This document shows, one piece after another, positions 62,774 to 64,000 of a stretch of 64,000 nt of DNA. How positions within the stretch are numbered: position 1 is the stretch's first letter; every line of letters begins with the position of its first letter. The DNA is from Octopus vulgaris (taxonomy: Eukaryota). Made by a program: the position numbers and the translations under genes. The notes under the pieces were generated by a model that did not search any database, was not told the DNA's origin, and saw only the letters and a program-made list of their open reading frames with translations. Location of the stretch: assembly GCA_951406725.2 (NCBI GenBank), contig OX597824.1:51584001-51648000 (forward strand). Direction: 5' to 3'.

Positions 62774-64000
62774 TATGAAAGGTTGCTGAATAAAGAAAAT
62801 GAATGGGATAAAGAGAGTCTGCCGAATGTTGACCCAACAGAGGGACCAGCTATCCGAGTTGATAGTTCCGTGGTAGCTAAGGCAATTAGAAGCATGAAGA
62901 CAGGGAAAGCCCCAGGCCCGTCAGGAATCACTGCAGAGATGCTCAAAATGTCTGGCAGTGTCGGCTATAGCCTAGTCACCCGTATAGTTAATCAGGTGAT
63001 ACACAAAGGAGTCATACCCAATGACTGGTGTAGCAGCATAATAGTCAACTGCTACAAAGGTAAAGGTGACGCCCTAGATACAAATAACTACAGAGGTATC
63101 AAGCTGTTGGATCAGGTGATGAAGGTTACGGAGAGGGTCATAGCCCAACTAATTAGAGAGAGAGTTAGTTTAGATGAGATGCAGTTTGGGTTTGTGCCAG
63201 GGAAAAGTACCACTGATGCTATATTCCTGGTAAGGCAGCTGCAGGAGAAATACCTAGCCAAAGATAAGCCCCTGTACCTGGCTTTTGTTGACATGGAGAA
63301 AGCCTTCGACAGGGTCCCCCGATCCCTTATCTGGTGGTCAATGAGGAAATTAGGGATAGATGAATGGTTAGTGAGAGCTGTGCGGGCCATGTATAGGGAC
63401 GCTGCTAGTAAGGTGAGGGTTGGCAACGAGTACAGTGAAGAATTCCGGGTAGAGGTAGGGGTCCACCAAGGCTCAGTCCTCAGCCCCCTCCTATTTATCA
63501 TAGTCCTCCAGGCAATAACGGAGGAATTCAAGACAGGATGCCCTTGGGAGCTCCTCTATGCTGATGACCTTGCTCTAATTGCTGAGTCGCTATCAGAACT
63601 GGAGGAGAAGTTTCAGGTGTGGAAACAAGGATTAGAATCGAAGGGCCTCAGAGTCAATCTAGCTAAAACCAAAGTCGTAATCAGTAGGAAGGTAGACAAA
63701 TCACAAACGCCTTCAGGTAGATGGCCCTGCTCGATCTGTAGAAAAGGTGTAGGTAGAAACTCTATAAGATGCACCAAGTGTAAGCTATGGACACATAAGA
63801 GGTGCAGCAATGTCAAAGGAAGGCTAACTAGGAAGATGGTTTTTGTATGTGGCAGATGCTCAGGAACAATAAACACTGAAAATGCTCTGAGACCAACTTC
63901 CGTCACTTTCCAGGGAGAAAAACTAGAAATAGTTGATAGTTTTCGTTACCTAGGTGACCAAGTCAGCAGCGGGGGCGGGTGTGCTGAAAGTGTAACTGCT
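62774..64000 (+). mobile_element. Young 5'-truncated RTE LINE; RT reading frame open to the window end
   Basis: Hand translation from YERLLN through GKAPGPSG, NYRGIKLL, QFGFVPGKST, FVDMEKAFDRV, GVHQGSVLSP, LYADD and the Cys cluster to FRYLG shows no stop. It is absent from the ORF track because it has no terminator in the window. Confidence 0.93.

Overview
AT-rich, repeat-dense animal genomic DNA. The repeat landscape (RTE LINE tails ending in (GAT)n, tRNA-derived SINEs, long (TA)n/(TATG)n tracts) suggests an octopus or other cephalopod; this is an inference. The one host gene I can support is a + strand formin of the FMN/Cappuccino subfamily. I traced 11 exons by hand between 30776 and 61347 with GT-AG boundaries and consistent phases (KYTEAE motif, coiled coil, FH1, first part of FH2), plus a candidate first coding exon at 27063-27131; the gene continues beyond the window. 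The rest is intronic or upstream sequence packed with mobile elements, many with recoverable TIRs/TSDs: Tigger, hAT, piggyBac, maT/mariner, Helitrons, RTE, CR1-like, Tx1/L1 and Penelope-like elements. The most unusual structure is a nested unit at ~12.1-20.0 kb. It is a GIY-YIG Penelope-like element bounded by 268-bp inverted repeats and carrying a complete type-I hammerhead ribozyme, with a near-intact full-length Tx1-clade LINE (perfect 17-bp TSD) inserted ~80 bp upstream of the ribozyme. Other highlights are an uninterrupted RTE reverse transcriptase with a PHD-type zinc finger inside the RT region, and two adjacent long foldback elements in a formin intron. All of this was read by eye; no database searches were run.
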